A stretch of DNA of 64,000 bases from an uncultured Pseudomonadota bacterium (GCA_963770835.1 CAVYRH010000008.1:96001-160000); one strand, 5' to 3'; shown: positions 26,941 to 37,526, counted from the stretch's first letter. Numbers and translations are program-made. Notes: generated by a model from the letters alone, not told the origin.

Positions 26941-27669
26941 TTACCAGTGTTGGCATTGTTCCTTCAAAGCGTTGTAATTTTCAGGTGTATCCAACTTAGC
27001 CTGTTCGGTCTGCACCGCGTCCTTGAACTGGTCGAAGGGCGGGTCCAGAACCCCAGATACAATTTCGCTGATCCTCTTTTTTCCCTCCGGAATCGATTCC
27101 ACCACGATGGGGCTGGAAACCAGAGGAATTCCCTGGGCTTGCCCCAAAGCTTCCTGAAAAACCTTTTGGTATTGCTCGTAGACCCGTCGGTGGACGGCGA
27201 CATGCTGGTTTTCATGGTCCAGGGTCACCTGGTATTCACAGCTCCCCTCCGGGTAAGCGTTGGTCACGTAAACGTTGAGGGTGTCATAAGTGAATTCCAC
27301 CCTGAGGTTCTCGACCCACATCTTGTACTCGGATTTGAACCATTTTTTGGACCAATTGACCTCATAGAGGGTTCCCGACGAATATCCGGCCTGGGTCAGC
27401 CCGTAAACGTGATAATGTTCCGCTTCCGCGCTGCTTTCGCTCAATTGTTCGATCTGGGCCGTATTAAGGTTATGGGAATAAACCGGGTCCGGAAAATGGA
27501 AGATGAACTGAACGCCGGCAGATCCCCCACCTCCCGAGTCCACAAGGGCATCCCTCGGGGTACCCTCCTTCTCAATGGACTGGGAATCGCTTTTCCAGTC
27601 GTAATACATCCACCCAAAGAATGGGAGAAGAAGCAGGACGATCAATAGGGCGAAAAGCCTGTTATTCAT
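26941..27669 (-). CDS. Membrane-anchored putative Zn metalloprotease (DUF922-like)
   Basis: N-terminal TM; GLT; LDHENQH (HExxH); Q..LD near the C-terminus. Confidence 0.55.
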   Translation of the reverse strand: MNNRLFALLIVLLLLPFFGWMYYDWKSDSQSIEKEGTPRDALVDSGGGGSAGVQFIFHFPDPVYSHNLNTAQIEQLSESSAEAEHYHVYGLTQAGYSSGTLYEVNWSKKWFKSEYKMWVENLRVEFTYDTLNVYVTNAYPEGSCEYQVTLDHENQHVAVHRRVYEQYQKVFQEALGQAQGIPLVSSPIVVESIPEGKKRISEIVSGVLDPPFDQFKDAVQTEQAKLDTPENYNALKEQCQHW

Positions 27670-27867
27670 GACATTAGCTTACCAAAGTTTGAGGCACAGA
27701 GGAGGCAGGGCGTAAGGAAGGTAAAAACAAATAATCGGATAGGTCAATGGCGCCCCTACTAGAAAAGTAAATCGGAAATAGGGTACGCCATCTGGTTTTC
27801 CCATCGTTGAAGATATTTTTATTTTGCCTTACTCTGTGTCCTCCGTGAACTCTGTGGTGAAAGGGCT

Positions 27868-28839
27868 TTGTTGTCCGAAGAAACAGTCCTGCAATCCAAG
27901 GTCCCGGCCCCCATGGCTGGAAATATCCTGATCGATTATCTCTCCCAACGGTTCCGCTACCAAACGAAAGACGCTTGGTTGGATTTGATTCGTTCGGGAA
28001 AAGTCACCGTCAATGGGAACCAGGCGTCCCCGGCCCTTCCCCTTAAAAAAGGCGACCGGGTGGCCTATTCGGTAGTCCTCCGGGAGCCGCCCATTGACCC
28101 GAATATCCAAATCCTCCACGAGGAGGAATCCTTCCTGGTGGCCTCAAAGCCCGGCCAGCTCCCCTCTCACGCCGACGGGAACTTCATCAAGAACACCCTC
28201 ATCTACTTACTGACCCAAATGCTTCGGGACAAGGGTTGGAAAGGGGACGTGCGCCTAGTCCACCGCTTGGACCGGGAAACCAGCGGGCTCATGGTGGTGG
28301 CAAAAAATAGGGCCGCCCACTTGAAGCTTGTGCGCCAATTCGAGCAGGGGTCGGTTGAAAAGGAATATAGGGCCGTGTCGAAAGGGCGGATGGAGGAGAA
28401 GACCTTCGAGGTCACCGGTGCCATTGGCCGGGACCCCGAAAGCCAGATTTCGGTGCGTCAAAAGGTGGTCCCCGCGGGGACCCCTTTTTCCAAGCCCGCC
28501 TTGACCCTTTTTGAAAAGCTGGCGGACTTAAAAGACGCCACCTTGCTCAAGTGCATCCCCAAAACGGGCCGAACCAACCAGATTCGCGTCCATTTGGACT
28601 CCATCGGCCATCCTATTGTGGGGGACAAGCTCTACGGCAGGACTGACGGGGAATTCCTGGAATTCATTAAGCATGTGAAAGCCGGAGGCGACCCCGCTTT
28701 TGTGGGTCACGCGGAAACACCCCGCCACCTTTTGCACGCCTCCAAACTTTCCTTCGCCCACCCCGAAACGGGCGAACTCCTCAGCTTTGAGGCTGAAATA
28801 CCGGAAGATATGAAAAAGTTCGTTAAAAGCAATGCCTGA
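27868..28839 (+). CDS. RluA/RluD-family pseudouridine synthase with S4-like domain
   Basis: KPGQLPSH, HRLDRETSG, TGRTNQIRVH, GHPIVGDKLYG, LHASKL; start uncertain. Confidence 0.92.
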   Translation: MLSEETVLQSKVPAPMAGNILIDYLSQRFRYQTKDAWLDLIRSGKVTVNGNQASPALPLKKGDRVAYSVVLREPPIDPNIQILHEEESFLVASKPGQLPSHADGNFIKNTLIYLLTQMLRDKGWKGDVRLVHRLDRETSGLMVVAKNRAAHLKLVRQFEQGSVEKEYRAVSKGRMEEKTFEVTGAIGRDPESQISVRQKVVPAGTPFSKPALTLFEKLADLKDATLLKCIPKTGRTNQIRVHLDSIGHPIVGDKLYGRTDGEFLEFIKHVKAGGDPAFVGHAETPRHLLHASKLSFAHPETGELLSFEAEIPEDMKKFVKSNA

Positions 28840-28873
28840 TCCAAAAAGATGAACCGGTTTGTTTAAGGGCGTT

Positions 28874-29662
28874 TCAAAATTTTAGGGACATCTCAGCGCC
28901 AGGAAACATATGTTGAGGGGAGTCGTTTAAGAGGGTGAGGTGCATATTAAAATTATTGGAAGAACGCATTTGATAAGCCAATTCCCCATTGATATCGGCC
29001 GACGAAAGCGGCGCGTCGATGACTGACCAGAGATAACACCCGCCAATAGTTAACACCTCCAAATAATCAAGCCCTCGATCGTTATAAGAGGAACTGTTGA
29101 GACCGAAAGAGCCCAATATTCCAGCGTCCTGAATTACACCCTTAATAACTTCATTTTCGGTGCCATTGTAATATTGCCCTAGTCCAGGAACCACCGCTGA
29201 CATTAAAAGTGAAAGAAAAGGAGACTTCCTTCCTTCCGCGCCGTAATGAGTGCCGGGATTCATTCCTATTGGAAGCGGCTTCTCCTGGAGCAGATCCTTG
29301 TTTATCTGATCCGAGGAAAGGGGGGCGTCTACGAAAGACCAAACCCAGGAACCGAAAGCAAGACCGATACCCAAGACACCTGCGGCAGAAACACCCCCCG
29401 GCTTGGTAAACAATCCATTAGAACCGCCGGTAAAGGAATTGACTCCCTCCGCCTCCGCTATAACCGCGCCACCGATAAAACCCCCGTCTTGAAAAATACC
29501 CTTGATCACCTCAGCATCGGTTCCGTTGTAATATTGCCCCACGCCGGGCAACGCTATGGACAGCACGCAGGAAAGAGCCGGATTTTTTCTGTCTTGCCCC
29601 CAAACCATATCCCCCGGCAAACCCAGCAAAACAACCAATAGAAAAAAAGCTTTCATTTTCAT
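28874..29662 (-). CDS. Secreted/membrane protein with two DUF5683/TM2-like repeats
   Basis: RKNPALSCVLSIALPGVGQYYNG and RKSPFLSLLMSAVVPGLGQYYNG, each followed by WS.VDAPLSS..IN. Confidence 0.7.
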   Translation of the reverse strand: MKMKAFFLLVVLLGLPGDMVWGQDRKNPALSCVLSIALPGVGQYYNGTDAEVIKGIFQDGGFIGGAVIAEAEGVNSFTGGSNGLFTKPGGVSAAGVLGIGLAFGSWVWSFVDAPLSSDQINKDLLQEKPLPIGMNPGTHYGAEGRKSPFLSLLMSAVVPGLGQYYNGTENEVIKGVIQDAGILGSFGLNSSSYNDRGLDYLEVLTIGGCYLWSVIDAPLSSADINGELAYQMRSSNNFNMHLTLLNDSPQHMFPGAEMSLKF

Positions 29663-29757
29663 TTAAATACCCTCACGCATAAAACCGGTAGCCGGCCCGC
29701 TTCACAGCAATTCGCTAAGAACGACATAAAATGATTATACGGCCGGAACCAAAAAAA

Positions 29758-30540
29758 TCATTTTCTAAGAACAGCAACCATGTTCCCATCCTCGACGTCA
29801 AAAGCCTCAAAATATTCCATTTTTTTAAAGCCTATTTTCCCCGCAAAACGCTTGAGGTTTTTCCGGTTAAAGAGATGGAGATGTTCCCTGGGTTTCAAGG
29901 CTCCCCATTTTTCCTTCAACTCAACAGCCTTGGCATTGTCCGTATCCGGTGTTTGGAGCAAAAGGATACCGCCGGGCTTCAAGATGCGGTAAATATGACC
30001 CATTTCACGCGTGGGATCCTCGAAATGCTCGATCACATCGATGGCCGTAACGGCGTCGAACATCCCATCCCCCATTTTCCCCTGGGCCTCGGAGAAATTA
30101 GAAGAATGTATTTGTCCCGCATATTGGGGAAATCGGCGTTTGAAAGGCAGGGTCAATTCCGGGACCAGTTCCACTCCGGACACATCCCAGCCATGGGCAA
30201 TCGCCGCCGCCAGCAGGAATCCCTTGTTGCAGCCGATGTCGAGAAAAACAGGCCGGGTGTTCCGGGGGGCGTTGGAAAGGACCCGATCGAATATTCGGTT
30301 GGCCCGTTCCATGGATTGCCGGAAATGGCGGGCTCCCTCGAAACTTCGGAAGGGCATCAACAACTTGCGCCGCAATGATTTCCAAAACCCGCCGTCGTAT
30401 GAGCTGTAAAGTTGGTCTGCGGTCTCGATTTTATCCACGTAAACCAAGCCGCATTCCAGGCATTTCAAGTATTCGTGCGAGCCCACCTTCGCGTAAACCT
30501 TTCCTGTCCCTCCACATAGAAAACAATCACGTCGATCCAT
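29758..30540 (-). CDS. Class I SAM-dependent methyltransferase with an N-terminal Cys4 finger
   Basis: CFLC..CLECGL, LDIGCNKG, DVIEH, LKPGG. Confidence 0.88.
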   Translation of the reverse strand: MDRRDCFLCGGTGKVYAKVGSHEYLKCLECGLVYVDKIETADQLYSSYDGGFWKSLRRKLLMPFRSFEGARHFRQSMERANRIFDRVLSNAPRNTRPVFLDIGCNKGFLLAAAIAHGWDVSGVELVPELTLPFKRRFPQYAGQIHSSNFSEAQGKMGDGMFDAVTAIDVIEHFEDPTREMGHIYRILKPGGILLLQTPDTDNAKAVELKEKWGALKPREHLHLFNRKNLKRFAGKIGFKKMEYFEAFDVEDGNMVAVLRK

Positions 30541-30543
30541 GCC

Positions 30544-31506
30544 TCACAGACCCATCATGAATTGGAATGTCTTGTCGGACCAATCCCTCAAGTGCTCATG
30601 CCCGTAGTCGGGATAAATGGCCGTCTGCTTGGGGGCCTTGATGTTATTGAAGGCGGCGAACTGGGTGGAGGGGGGACAGATCGAATCCAGGAGGGTAATA
30701 GCCATCAGGGTCTGCGCCTGGATACGGGGCGCCAGGTGATGAACGTCGATGTAACCCAATTGGGTGAAAATCTCCTTTTCCCTTTCATGCAGGGGGTCAA
30801 AACTCCGGAAGTAATACCGCAATTCCTCATAAGCGTCCTTGTCCAAATCCATGTCCCAAACCCTTTGGTAGTCGGAAAGGAAGGGATAGCAGGGTGCGAT
30901 CCGCTTGATCCTGGGTTCCAAAGCCGCGCAGGCCAGCGTCAAGCCGCCGCCTTGGCTCCCACCCATGGCTCCCACCCGTTTGGGGTCCACTCCCGGCAGG
31001 TCCATGATAATACGGGCCATTTGGGCCGTATCCAGGAACAACTGGCGGAAAAGAAGCTTGTCCGGGTTTTCCCCCAGGCCGCGGATGATGTGCCCCCTCA
31101 AGGTCGACCCCTGAACCCCGCCCTTTTCCTCGGAATACCCACCCTGGCCGCGGCAGTCTAGGGCCGCCACCGTGAACCCCTCGGCCACGTAACCCAGCTT
31201 CTCGCTCCAATCGCCCGAGGACATACTGTAGCCGTGGAAAATCAGGAGGGCCGGCCCGGACTTGGAAATTTTTTTGGGCCGCAGGAGTTTGGCGTGGATT
31301 TTGGCTCCGCCTACGCCCGACCAATAAAGGTCGAAAAAATCCGCGTAGGATACTTGGATGGTCTTGTTGGGTTTCATTTCGACATTGGGTTCAACCGCCC
31401 GCATTTCCTTCAGGGCCTTATCCCAATAAGCGTCAAAATCTTTGGGCTTGGGATTAATCCCCTTGTAGGCTTTCAGCTTGGCCAGGGGCATATCCAGAAG
31501 TGGCAT
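30544..31506 (-). CDS. Acetylxylan esterase / cephalosporin-C deacetylase (CE7)
   Basis: FHGY, DCRGQ, GGSQGGG, D.ICPPSTQFAAFN, GHE. Confidence 0.92.
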   Translation of the reverse strand: MPLLDMPLAKLKAYKGINPKPKDFDAYWDKALKEMRAVEPNVEMKPNKTIQVSYADFFDLYWSGVGGAKIHAKLLRPKKISKSGPALLIFHGYSMSSGDWSEKLGYVAEGFTVAALDCRGQGGYSEEKGGVQGSTLRGHIIRGLGENPDKLLFRQLFLDTAQMARIIMDLPGVDPKRVGAMGGSQGGGLTLACAALEPRIKRIAPCYPFLSDYQRVWDMDLDKDAYEELRYYFRSFDPLHEREKEIFTQLGYIDVHHLAPRIQAQTLMAITLLDSICPPSTQFAAFNNIKAPKQTAIYPDYGHEHLRDWSDKTFQFMMGL

Positions 31507-31555
31507 CGTCGGCTCCTTTAGAAAAAATCCACCGTAAAGCTATTGGCTCAACTCG

Positions 31556-32296
31556 TTAAAGACTCTTATCCTGTTGTTCCCAAAGGGTGATCCCCCCCAG
31601 GATACCCGCATCATTCGAGACGGCTTTCGTGTTGGGGTCCAGCTTGAAGTCAATATTACGGGCATTCCCTCCGCCGATATAAACCCGGTCGGGGTTCAAG
31701 AGCGTGTTCAACAGCTCCAGGGCGTGTTGCACCCGTTTGTTCCACTTCTTTTTTCCCTTTTTCTTGAGGACCTTGTCCCCGATGTATTCGTTGTAGGTCT
31801 TGTTGTCCCAGGCGGGGTGTTGGGCCAATTCCATTCGTTGCATCAATTCCCCGTTCCGGAAAAGGGCCGTCCCCACCCCGGTGCCCAGCGTCACCACCAA
31901 CTCCACGCCCTTGCCGCCGATGACCGCCGTTCCCTGCATATCGGCGTCGTTCAGGATGCGCACGGGCTTGCCCCAACGGTCCCCCAAAGTCTTGGCCAAT
32001 GGGAAGTTCCGCCACACGTCGTTGCCGAAATGGGGCGCCGTGACGACTTGCCCTTCCCGCACCACCCCCGGAAAGCCGATGGACACCCGGTCGAAAGCCG
32101 GCAGCGGTTTCACAAGCTCCACCAGGGCTTCCACCATCACCTTCGGCGGGCAAGGGCTGGGCGTTTCCACGCGCACCCGGTCCACCACCATCTTCCCTTT
32201 GGCATCCAGCACCGAAGCCTTTAAACCCGTTCCGCCGATATCAATGGATAAGGTAAAGGGCTTTAAGGATTTCGATTCTTTTTTCCCTTCCGCCAC
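31556..32296 (-). CDS. ROK-family kinase, polyphosphate glucokinase-like
   Basis: DIGGTGLK, GFPG, NDAD, TLGTGVG, ELAQ, YIGGGNA, N.AGILGG. Confidence 0.8.
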   Translation of the reverse strand: MAEGKKESKSLKPFTLSIDIGGTGLKASVLDAKGKMVVDRVRVETPSPCPPKVMVEALVELVKPLPAFDRVSIGFPGVVREGQVVTAPHFGNDVWRNFPLAKTLGDRWGKPVRILNDADMQGTAVIGGKGVELVVTLGTGVGTALFRNGELMQRMELAQHPAWDNKTYNEYIGDKVLKKKGKKKWNKRVQHALELLNTLLNPDRVYIGGGNARNIDFKLDPNTKAVSNDAGILGGITLWEQQDKSL

Positions 32297-32446
32297 GATG
32301 TCCCCCTATTGCTAAATTAGAACCGCAGTATTTTACTGGATAAGGCATCGCAAGCCAGCCTTTGATTTTTGGCTCCAAGCGGTTCCACTCGAAACGGCTA
32401 TCCGTCCGAATTCGAAAGTTGTATGCTCCATGCGGAAATACATACT

Positions 32447-34045
32447 ATGAAGGAGACTTCCTTGCGCCTAAAAAGCCTGCCGATCTTGGCCCTTTTGTTG
32501 TTCGTCTCGACTCCTCTTTTGGCTAAAGACGTCCCCTTTGAGGTGATTCCCTGGAACGGCTACAAAGCCGCCCTTTCCCTTACCTACGACGATGGCGATC
32601 CCATCCACTTGGATTTAGTGATCCCCGAAATGAACAAACGGGGTTTGCGCGGCACTTTCTACCTGATCACAGGCAAGCTGGACCGGGTGGAGGATTGGAA
32701 AAAGGCCGTCGCCTCCGGCCAGGAAATCGGGAATCATACCATCACCCACCGGCACACTTCCCAGCTCTCTCCCGACGACGAGAAAAACGAAGTGGTGAAT
32801 GCCAAGCAAAAGCTTGAAATGCTGTTCAACGTCCCGATCCTGACCCTGGCCTATCCTTTCGTGGAAATCTCGCCGGGCCTCAAAAAATGGGTGGAAGCCG
32901 AGGATTTCGCCGCCCGCGGCGGGGGCGGCAACGGCTACCTGACGCCGGATATGGACCCCGACTGGTACGACATCCCCGCCCAGGTCACCATGACCAGCTA
33001 TGCCTACGAGACTTACAAGAATTGGATCGATCAGGACTTGTCGTCCGGGGCCTGGACGGTCCTGATGATTCACGGCGTCGAGGGGACCACCTGGGGCTGG
33101 CAGCCCATCACCAAGACCAATTTCCTCCATTTACTCGACGACCTGGTCAAAAACAAAAAGGACCTTTGGACCGCGCCCTTTGGCGAAGTCGCGGCCTATT
33201 GGCGCGCCCAAAAGGTGCTGGAGAAGGCGGAGCCTCAAAAGAACGGGACCACGACGACCCTCAAATGGGATATACCCGTGAATTTCCCTCAAGGCGTAAA
33301 GGTGAAATTGTCCATCCAAGGCGATGGGCTCAAGGTCTCCCAGGCCGGAAAAGCAATCGAACCCCTTTCCCCCGGCATCTATGCCATCTCCTTTGACGCC
33401 AAGGAATTGACGTTGGAAAACGCGTCATGGAAGCCCCAAGCTGTCTCAACGCCTAAAACGGTGGCGGCCCAGGCACCGGTGGTGGCCGCCGGCCCTTCCG
33501 TCGCCCCTCCCGACAAGGACGTCTTAAAGGTGGATGATTTCGAATCCGGTTCGCCGGCCTATGGCGGCGGATGGACGGAAGGCTGTGATTCCAACGGGGT
33601 CACCAAGCTCTCCCCTACACCCTTTGCCCCCCTGCCGGGCGGTTCCCCCAAGACTCCCGGCCATTGCGCGGGCATGAAAGGCCATATGGGCCCCATGCAG
33701 GCCCCCTGGCCCTGGGCCATCCTGTCCGAGAATCTGGACGCGGGCGGCAAGCCCGTGGACCTCTCGGCTTACCGGGCTATCCGGTTTTACACGAAGGGGG
33801 ACGGCAAAACCCATTCGGTGGCCCTCAACAAGGCCGCCATCACGGATTATGCCGACTATCAGGCGGGCTTTGTCTCACCCCCTGACTGGACCCAGGTCAC
33901 CATTGCCTTCGCGGATTTCGCCCAGCCCAATTGGGGAAAACAAGTGGAGAAGAAATTCAACGACGTGGTCAAGCTGAGCTTCAGCCCCAACACGCCCGAT
34001 GCGGATTTTGATTTCAAGATCGACGACGTGGAATTCCTGAAATAG
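32447..34045 (+). CDS. Secreted polysaccharide deacetylase (CE4) with a C-terminal CBM11/CIA30-like domain
   Basis: SLTYDDG, EIGNHTITH, AYPF; VDDFE...VDLSAY..IRF..KG...IDDVEF. Confidence 0.85.
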   Translation: MKETSLRLKSLPILALLLFVSTPLLAKDVPFEVIPWNGYKAALSLTYDDGDPIHLDLVIPEMNKRGLRGTFYLITGKLDRVEDWKKAVASGQEIGNHTITHRHTSQLSPDDEKNEVVNAKQKLEMLFNVPILTLAYPFVEISPGLKKWVEAEDFAARGGGGNGYLTPDMDPDWYDIPAQVTMTSYAYETYKNWIDQDLSSGAWTVLMIHGVEGTTWGWQPITKTNFLHLLDDLVKNKKDLWTAPFGEVAAYWRAQKVLEKAEPQKNGTTTTLKWDIPVNFPQGVKVKLSIQGDGLKVSQAGKAIEPLSPGIYAISFDAKELTLENASWKPQAVSTPKTVAAQAPVVAAGPSVAPPDKDVLKVDDFESGSPAYGGGWTEGCDSNGVTKLSPTPFAPLPGGSPKTPGHCAGMKGHMGPMQAPWPWAILSENLDAGGKPVDLSAYRAIRFYTKGDGKTHSVALNKAAITDYADYQAGFVSPPDWTQVTIAFADFAQPNWGKQVEKKFNDVVKLSFSPNTPDADFDFKIDDVEFLK

Positions 34046-34111
34046 CCGGGTTCTTGCCCGATCACCAATTAAACGCTTCCGATGGTTTTCCGGTCCCCAT
34101 CGGCGGAACCT

Positions 34112-35140
34112 TCAAGGTACGATTAAAAACTTGCCCCGTTTCAAGACCGTTTGTCCGTTCTTAATGGCGTAAAAGTAAACGCCGGGCGAGACCGTGGCCC
34201 CGTTTTGGTTTTTCGCCCATTGCCACTCCGTGGGATCCCCCGATCGGTTGACCGCATTCACCAGTTCACCCGAGAGGTCATAAATGTAAACCTGGGAGTT
34301 GGGGGGCAAACAGCTGATCTTCAGGGAATGGTCATGGGCGTATCGCAGGCTGTAAGGATCGGGCCAAACGTTGATGGGGCAGGTGGGGGTAAAAGTAAGC
34401 GTCGGCGTGAAGGTGTTGGTGATGGTGGGTGTCATGGTAATGGTGAACGTGTTGGTGGGCGTGAAGCTGTTCGTTGGCGTGGGGGTTACGGTGGGGGTAA
34501 AGCTGTTGGTTGGCGTCAAAGTCGGCGAAGGGGTAAAGGTGAAGGTGGGTGAAAGGGTTTGTGTCGGCGTCAAAGTGATGGTGGGGGTCGGCGTCAAAGT
34601 GGGCGTGAAAGTAATGGTGGGGGTGTTGGTCGGGGTATCGGTCAGGCAACTGACTGAATAAACCAAAGGCGCGGCGTTTGCCACCGTTGACGGCGAAGAC
34701 GCGCTAATGGACGTGAAGATCGTGACGGAATTGGTCGCGCAAGAACTGACCGTCGCATTATAGGAAACGGTGAGGGATTGGTTCGGCGCGAAGGTTCCAA
34801 CATCCCAGGTCACAATCCCCGCATTTTCAGAGCAGAAAATTCCACCCGTGCAGAAATTGTACGTGAAATCGGACGGGACACTGGCCGTAACCGTGACACC
34901 GTTCAGGGGCATCGCCCCGTTAGTCCAGGTAACGCTAAGGCTGCCCGTTTCTCCGACAACCAATTGGGCTTTGGCGCCGGAATAACCCAGGAACAAAAAA
35001 AACGTCGAAGCCCAAAATATTTTCCAAATCCGCCCGGTTTTGATCCTTGTGGAAGCGGCGGGCGCCGGCACCTTTGAAGGCCCATCAGGGCGCTGGAAAT
35101 TCTTCCCCGGCAAAACGAATTTGGATAAAAGGTTCCACAT
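34112..35140 (-). CDS. Secreted Ig-like (DUF11-like) protein with a Thr/Pro linker and FlgD-Ig/CTD tail
   Basis: VTWDVGT; (TPT)n linker; VWPDP...IYDLSGELV...W..KNQNG..VSPGVY; start uncertain. Confidence 0.7.
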   Translation of the reverse strand: MWNLLSKFVLPGKNFQRPDGPSKVPAPAASTRIKTGRIWKIFWASTFFLFLGYSGAKAQLVVGETGSLSVTWTNGAMPLNGVTVTASVPSDFTYNFCTGGIFCSENAGIVTWDVGTFAPNQSLTVSYNATVSSCATNSVTIFTSISASSPSTVANAAPLVYSVSCLTDTPTNTPTITFTPTLTPTPTITLTPTQTLSPTFTFTPSPTLTPTNSFTPTVTPTPTNSFTPTNTFTITMTPTITNTFTPTLTFTPTCPINVWPDPYSLRYAHDHSLKISCLPPNSQVYIYDLSGELVNAVNRSGDPTEWQWAKNQNGATVSPGVYFYAIKNGQTVLKRGKFLIVP

Positions 35141-35384
35141 TTATAAAAACGACCTTCAAGATTTATGTTCCGGCTTTCCCCAAACCCAGAAGCTACAACC
35201 GGGTCAGGAAAACTGTTGTAAGTTTATCACGCAATTTAAAATACGATCCTTCACCAGGGACAACTCATCCCACCGGGTGGTGAACCGATCGATTAAACCT
35301 GGGATTTCACGCTCCAATGCCGCGCAAAGCCCTCCGTCGCCAAACGCAAGGCCACTCCTCCCTTTGGACATTTCAACCTCCCCG

Positions 35385-36362
35385 TCACTTGTTTGAGAAC
35401 ACCCATTCCAAAAAAAGTTGCTGGGCAACCTGGTTCCGGCCGTTGATCCACGGGTCGCAATGGCCGCAAGTCACGGGCTTATCTTTCACGCGCTGCAGTT
35501 CTCGGCGGTATTGCGCCATCTTATCCGCCAGGCCCAAACGGCGGCTCAGGGAATAGCAATCGCTGAGGGCGCAAAAATCACCCGGGTGGCTGGAATAATA
35601 GTCCTCAAAATAGGCCAAATCCTTCGGGGACTGGGCATGGAGGGGATGGACGCTGTCATAGGTCTGGACCAGGTCCAAAAACCCGTCCTTGTCCCGGGTG
35701 AATTCCTTGCCGGTCCACCGGATGGGCCGCCCGTAATAGATTTGGAACTCATCCCCGCTTTTGATCATGGCCCTCTGGTAATCCACCAGGATCGGCTTGC
35801 CCGATTCCTTGGTGACCCGTGGCCCTTCCCCGAACCCTTGGAAGGATGCCAATTTTTTAAAACTCCCGGCCTCAGGGCTGTCCTTAAAGGCGTAAATATC
35901 CGCGATTTGCGTCGTGCCGGAAGAGGAATAAACCACCAGTTGGTCCCTGCCCGCGACGGTCAAGTCGGCGCCTTCATAACCCTCGTATTTTTTGCCGCCG
36001 CCCAGTTCAACCTGGATGAGTTTCCAATCGCCTTGGACCTTATGGAAATAGGCAAAACCCGATCCCGCGTCCTCGACCATTTGGCGTTCGGAATTGTAAA
36101 CCACCCCCACGTCCCGGTAGCCGGACACCCCGATAATAACGTCGGTTTCGGGGGTTTTTGAGAACTCATGGTAGGCGGTGCCGGCGATGTTCCAATAGGT
36201 CCCCTTTTGGGAGGGGTATTTTTTGGCGATCCTATCGTTGATATCCCCCAAGCGGATCTGGCCCATCGCAATGAGCATGCAGGCTGTTTCATCCGTCGCG
36301 AAAGCCGGAAACACCGGCATCAGCAGCAATAGCAGAACGAATATTTTTTTCATTTTTGTCAC
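35385..36362 (-). CDS. Secreted hypothetical protein (downstream of LRI #6)
   Basis: Signal MKKIFVLLLLLMPVFPAFA; C-terminal CGHC. Confidence 0.7.
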   Translation of the reverse strand: MTKMKKIFVLLLLLMPVFPAFATDETACMLIAMGQIRLGDINDRIAKKYPSQKGTYWNIAGTAYHEFSKTPETDVIIGVSGYRDVGVVYNSERQMVEDAGSGFAYFHKVQGDWKLIQVELGGGKKYEGYEGADLTVAGRDQLVVYSSSGTTQIADIYAFKDSPEAGSFKKLASFQGFGEGPRVTKESGKPILVDYQRAMIKSGDEFQIYYGRPIRWTGKEFTRDKDGFLDLVQTYDSVHPLHAQSPKDLAYFEDYYSSHPGDFCALSDCYSLSRRLGLADKMAQYRRELQRVKDKPVTCGHCDPWINGRNQVAQQLFLEWVFSNK

Positions 36363-36477
36363 CTCAATGGATGGTTAAAAGTTGGTGGTTTGGTGGCTGG
36401 AGAATCGAAGGAAACCGGAACTATCCTGCCCCCGGCTTCGCGGAGCGGGAGTAGCCCTCAACGCTTGGGAAAATGGA

Positions 36478-36813
36478 TCAAATTCTTAAGCAGAGAAAAC
36501 CGTGGGGACATCCAAAGGCAGCTTTTTTAACCGGCACAGCGCCATAGGAGGGCGCAACTTCTAATGGGAAGGAGCCGGGTGATTTCGATAGAACCTCCCA
36601 AAAGTGGGTTGTTTTCTCGTCATCCCGGTCGCATTTTAAAAAAACGTAACGGTAGGAAACCGGTGGGTGATTTGCTTTAGAAAGGTAGCTTGGCGCGGAG
36701 ACGGGCCCCGTGGAACCCCCTTGCGCCAAAACGGTCACACTGGGTTTTAAGGAATATAAAAGTAATCCGAGGATTAAAACCATTTGAATGAAAGGTCGAT
36801 AGCGAGGAATCAA
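36478..36813 (-). CDS. LRI-stop small membrane/secreted leader protein #6
   Basis: 111 aa; IQMVLILGLLLYSLKPS; ends FLCLRI*. Confidence 0.6.
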   Translation of the reverse strand: MIPRYRPFIQMVLILGLLLYSLKPSVTVLAQGGSTGPVSAPSYLSKANHPPVSYRYVFLKCDRDDEKTTHFWEVLSKSPGSFPLEVAPSYGAVPVKKAAFGCPHGFLCLRI

Positions 36814-37032
36814 TTGATCATCCCCATGGAATGGTCCATTTGCCGCCCAACGCTTAACAACATGGGCTCATCTTGCCTGTATCTATTTTTCCACTTACCG
36901 CCCGCTTAAACAATCCCCTTCAATCTTTCAATTTGTCCATGAATTTACCCGATTTTATCCTTTAGAGGACAGGTTGTTATAGGGGTCCGTCGTTGCTATG
37001 GTTAGTCAAGAGGCGAAAACAAGGAGTCGGTC

Positions 37033-37455
37033 ATGGAACAGGAAAACATGCGGGTTGCCGCGATCGAAGAAACGACGAGAATTGGGGAGGCCCGGGAAAG
37101 TTTGAGGATCGCCGGGGAATATCTTGCGGCGGTGAACGCCCGCAATCTCCAAGCGGTCGGTAAAACCCTGCATCCCGACCTTCATTTCGTGGGCCCGGCG
37201 GGCGAAGTGCACAATCGCGAAAGCTTTTTGGAGGTTTACCACAAGGTGTTCGCCAATTTAGGGAAGTTGGATATGACGACCGAGGCCTTGTCGAATAACC
37301 TGATTTATTTCAAGTATTACATGGTCATGCCCGCCCCCATCGGCCCGATCCAAGGCACGATGAAGACCACTCACGCGGAAGACGGGCTCATTAAAAAAAT
37401 TGAAATGATCTATCACTCCGCGGCGCTTGAGAATAATTCAAATCCCCCCAAATAA
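37033..37455 (+). CDS. SnoaL/NTF2-like protein
   Basis: YLAAVNARNL...LHPDLHF.GP...DGLIKKI; AAGGAG RBS. Confidence 0.7.
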   Translation: MEQENMRVAAIEETTRIGEARESLRIAGEYLAAVNARNLQAVGKTLHPDLHFVGPAGEVHNRESFLEVYHKVFANLGKLDMTTEALSNNLIYFKYYMVMPAPIGPIQGTMKTTHAEDGLIKKIEMIYHSAALENNSNPPK

Positions 37456-37483
37456 CCCAAGGGACTAGGACCCTTTTTTGTTC

Positions 37484-37511
37484 AAAGCTTGTCCCCTCGG
37501 GGACAAGCTTT
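37484..37511. terminator. Palindrome between convergent genes
   Basis: aaagcttgtcccc-tc-ggggacaagcttt. Confidence 0.55.
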
Positions 37512-37526
37512 CGAATCAAATCCCGG

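Noticed and set aside
27691..27861. ctctgtgtcctccgtgaactctgtggtga REP-like half element
   Set aside because: Only a weak partial partner (gaggcacagag); insufficient support.
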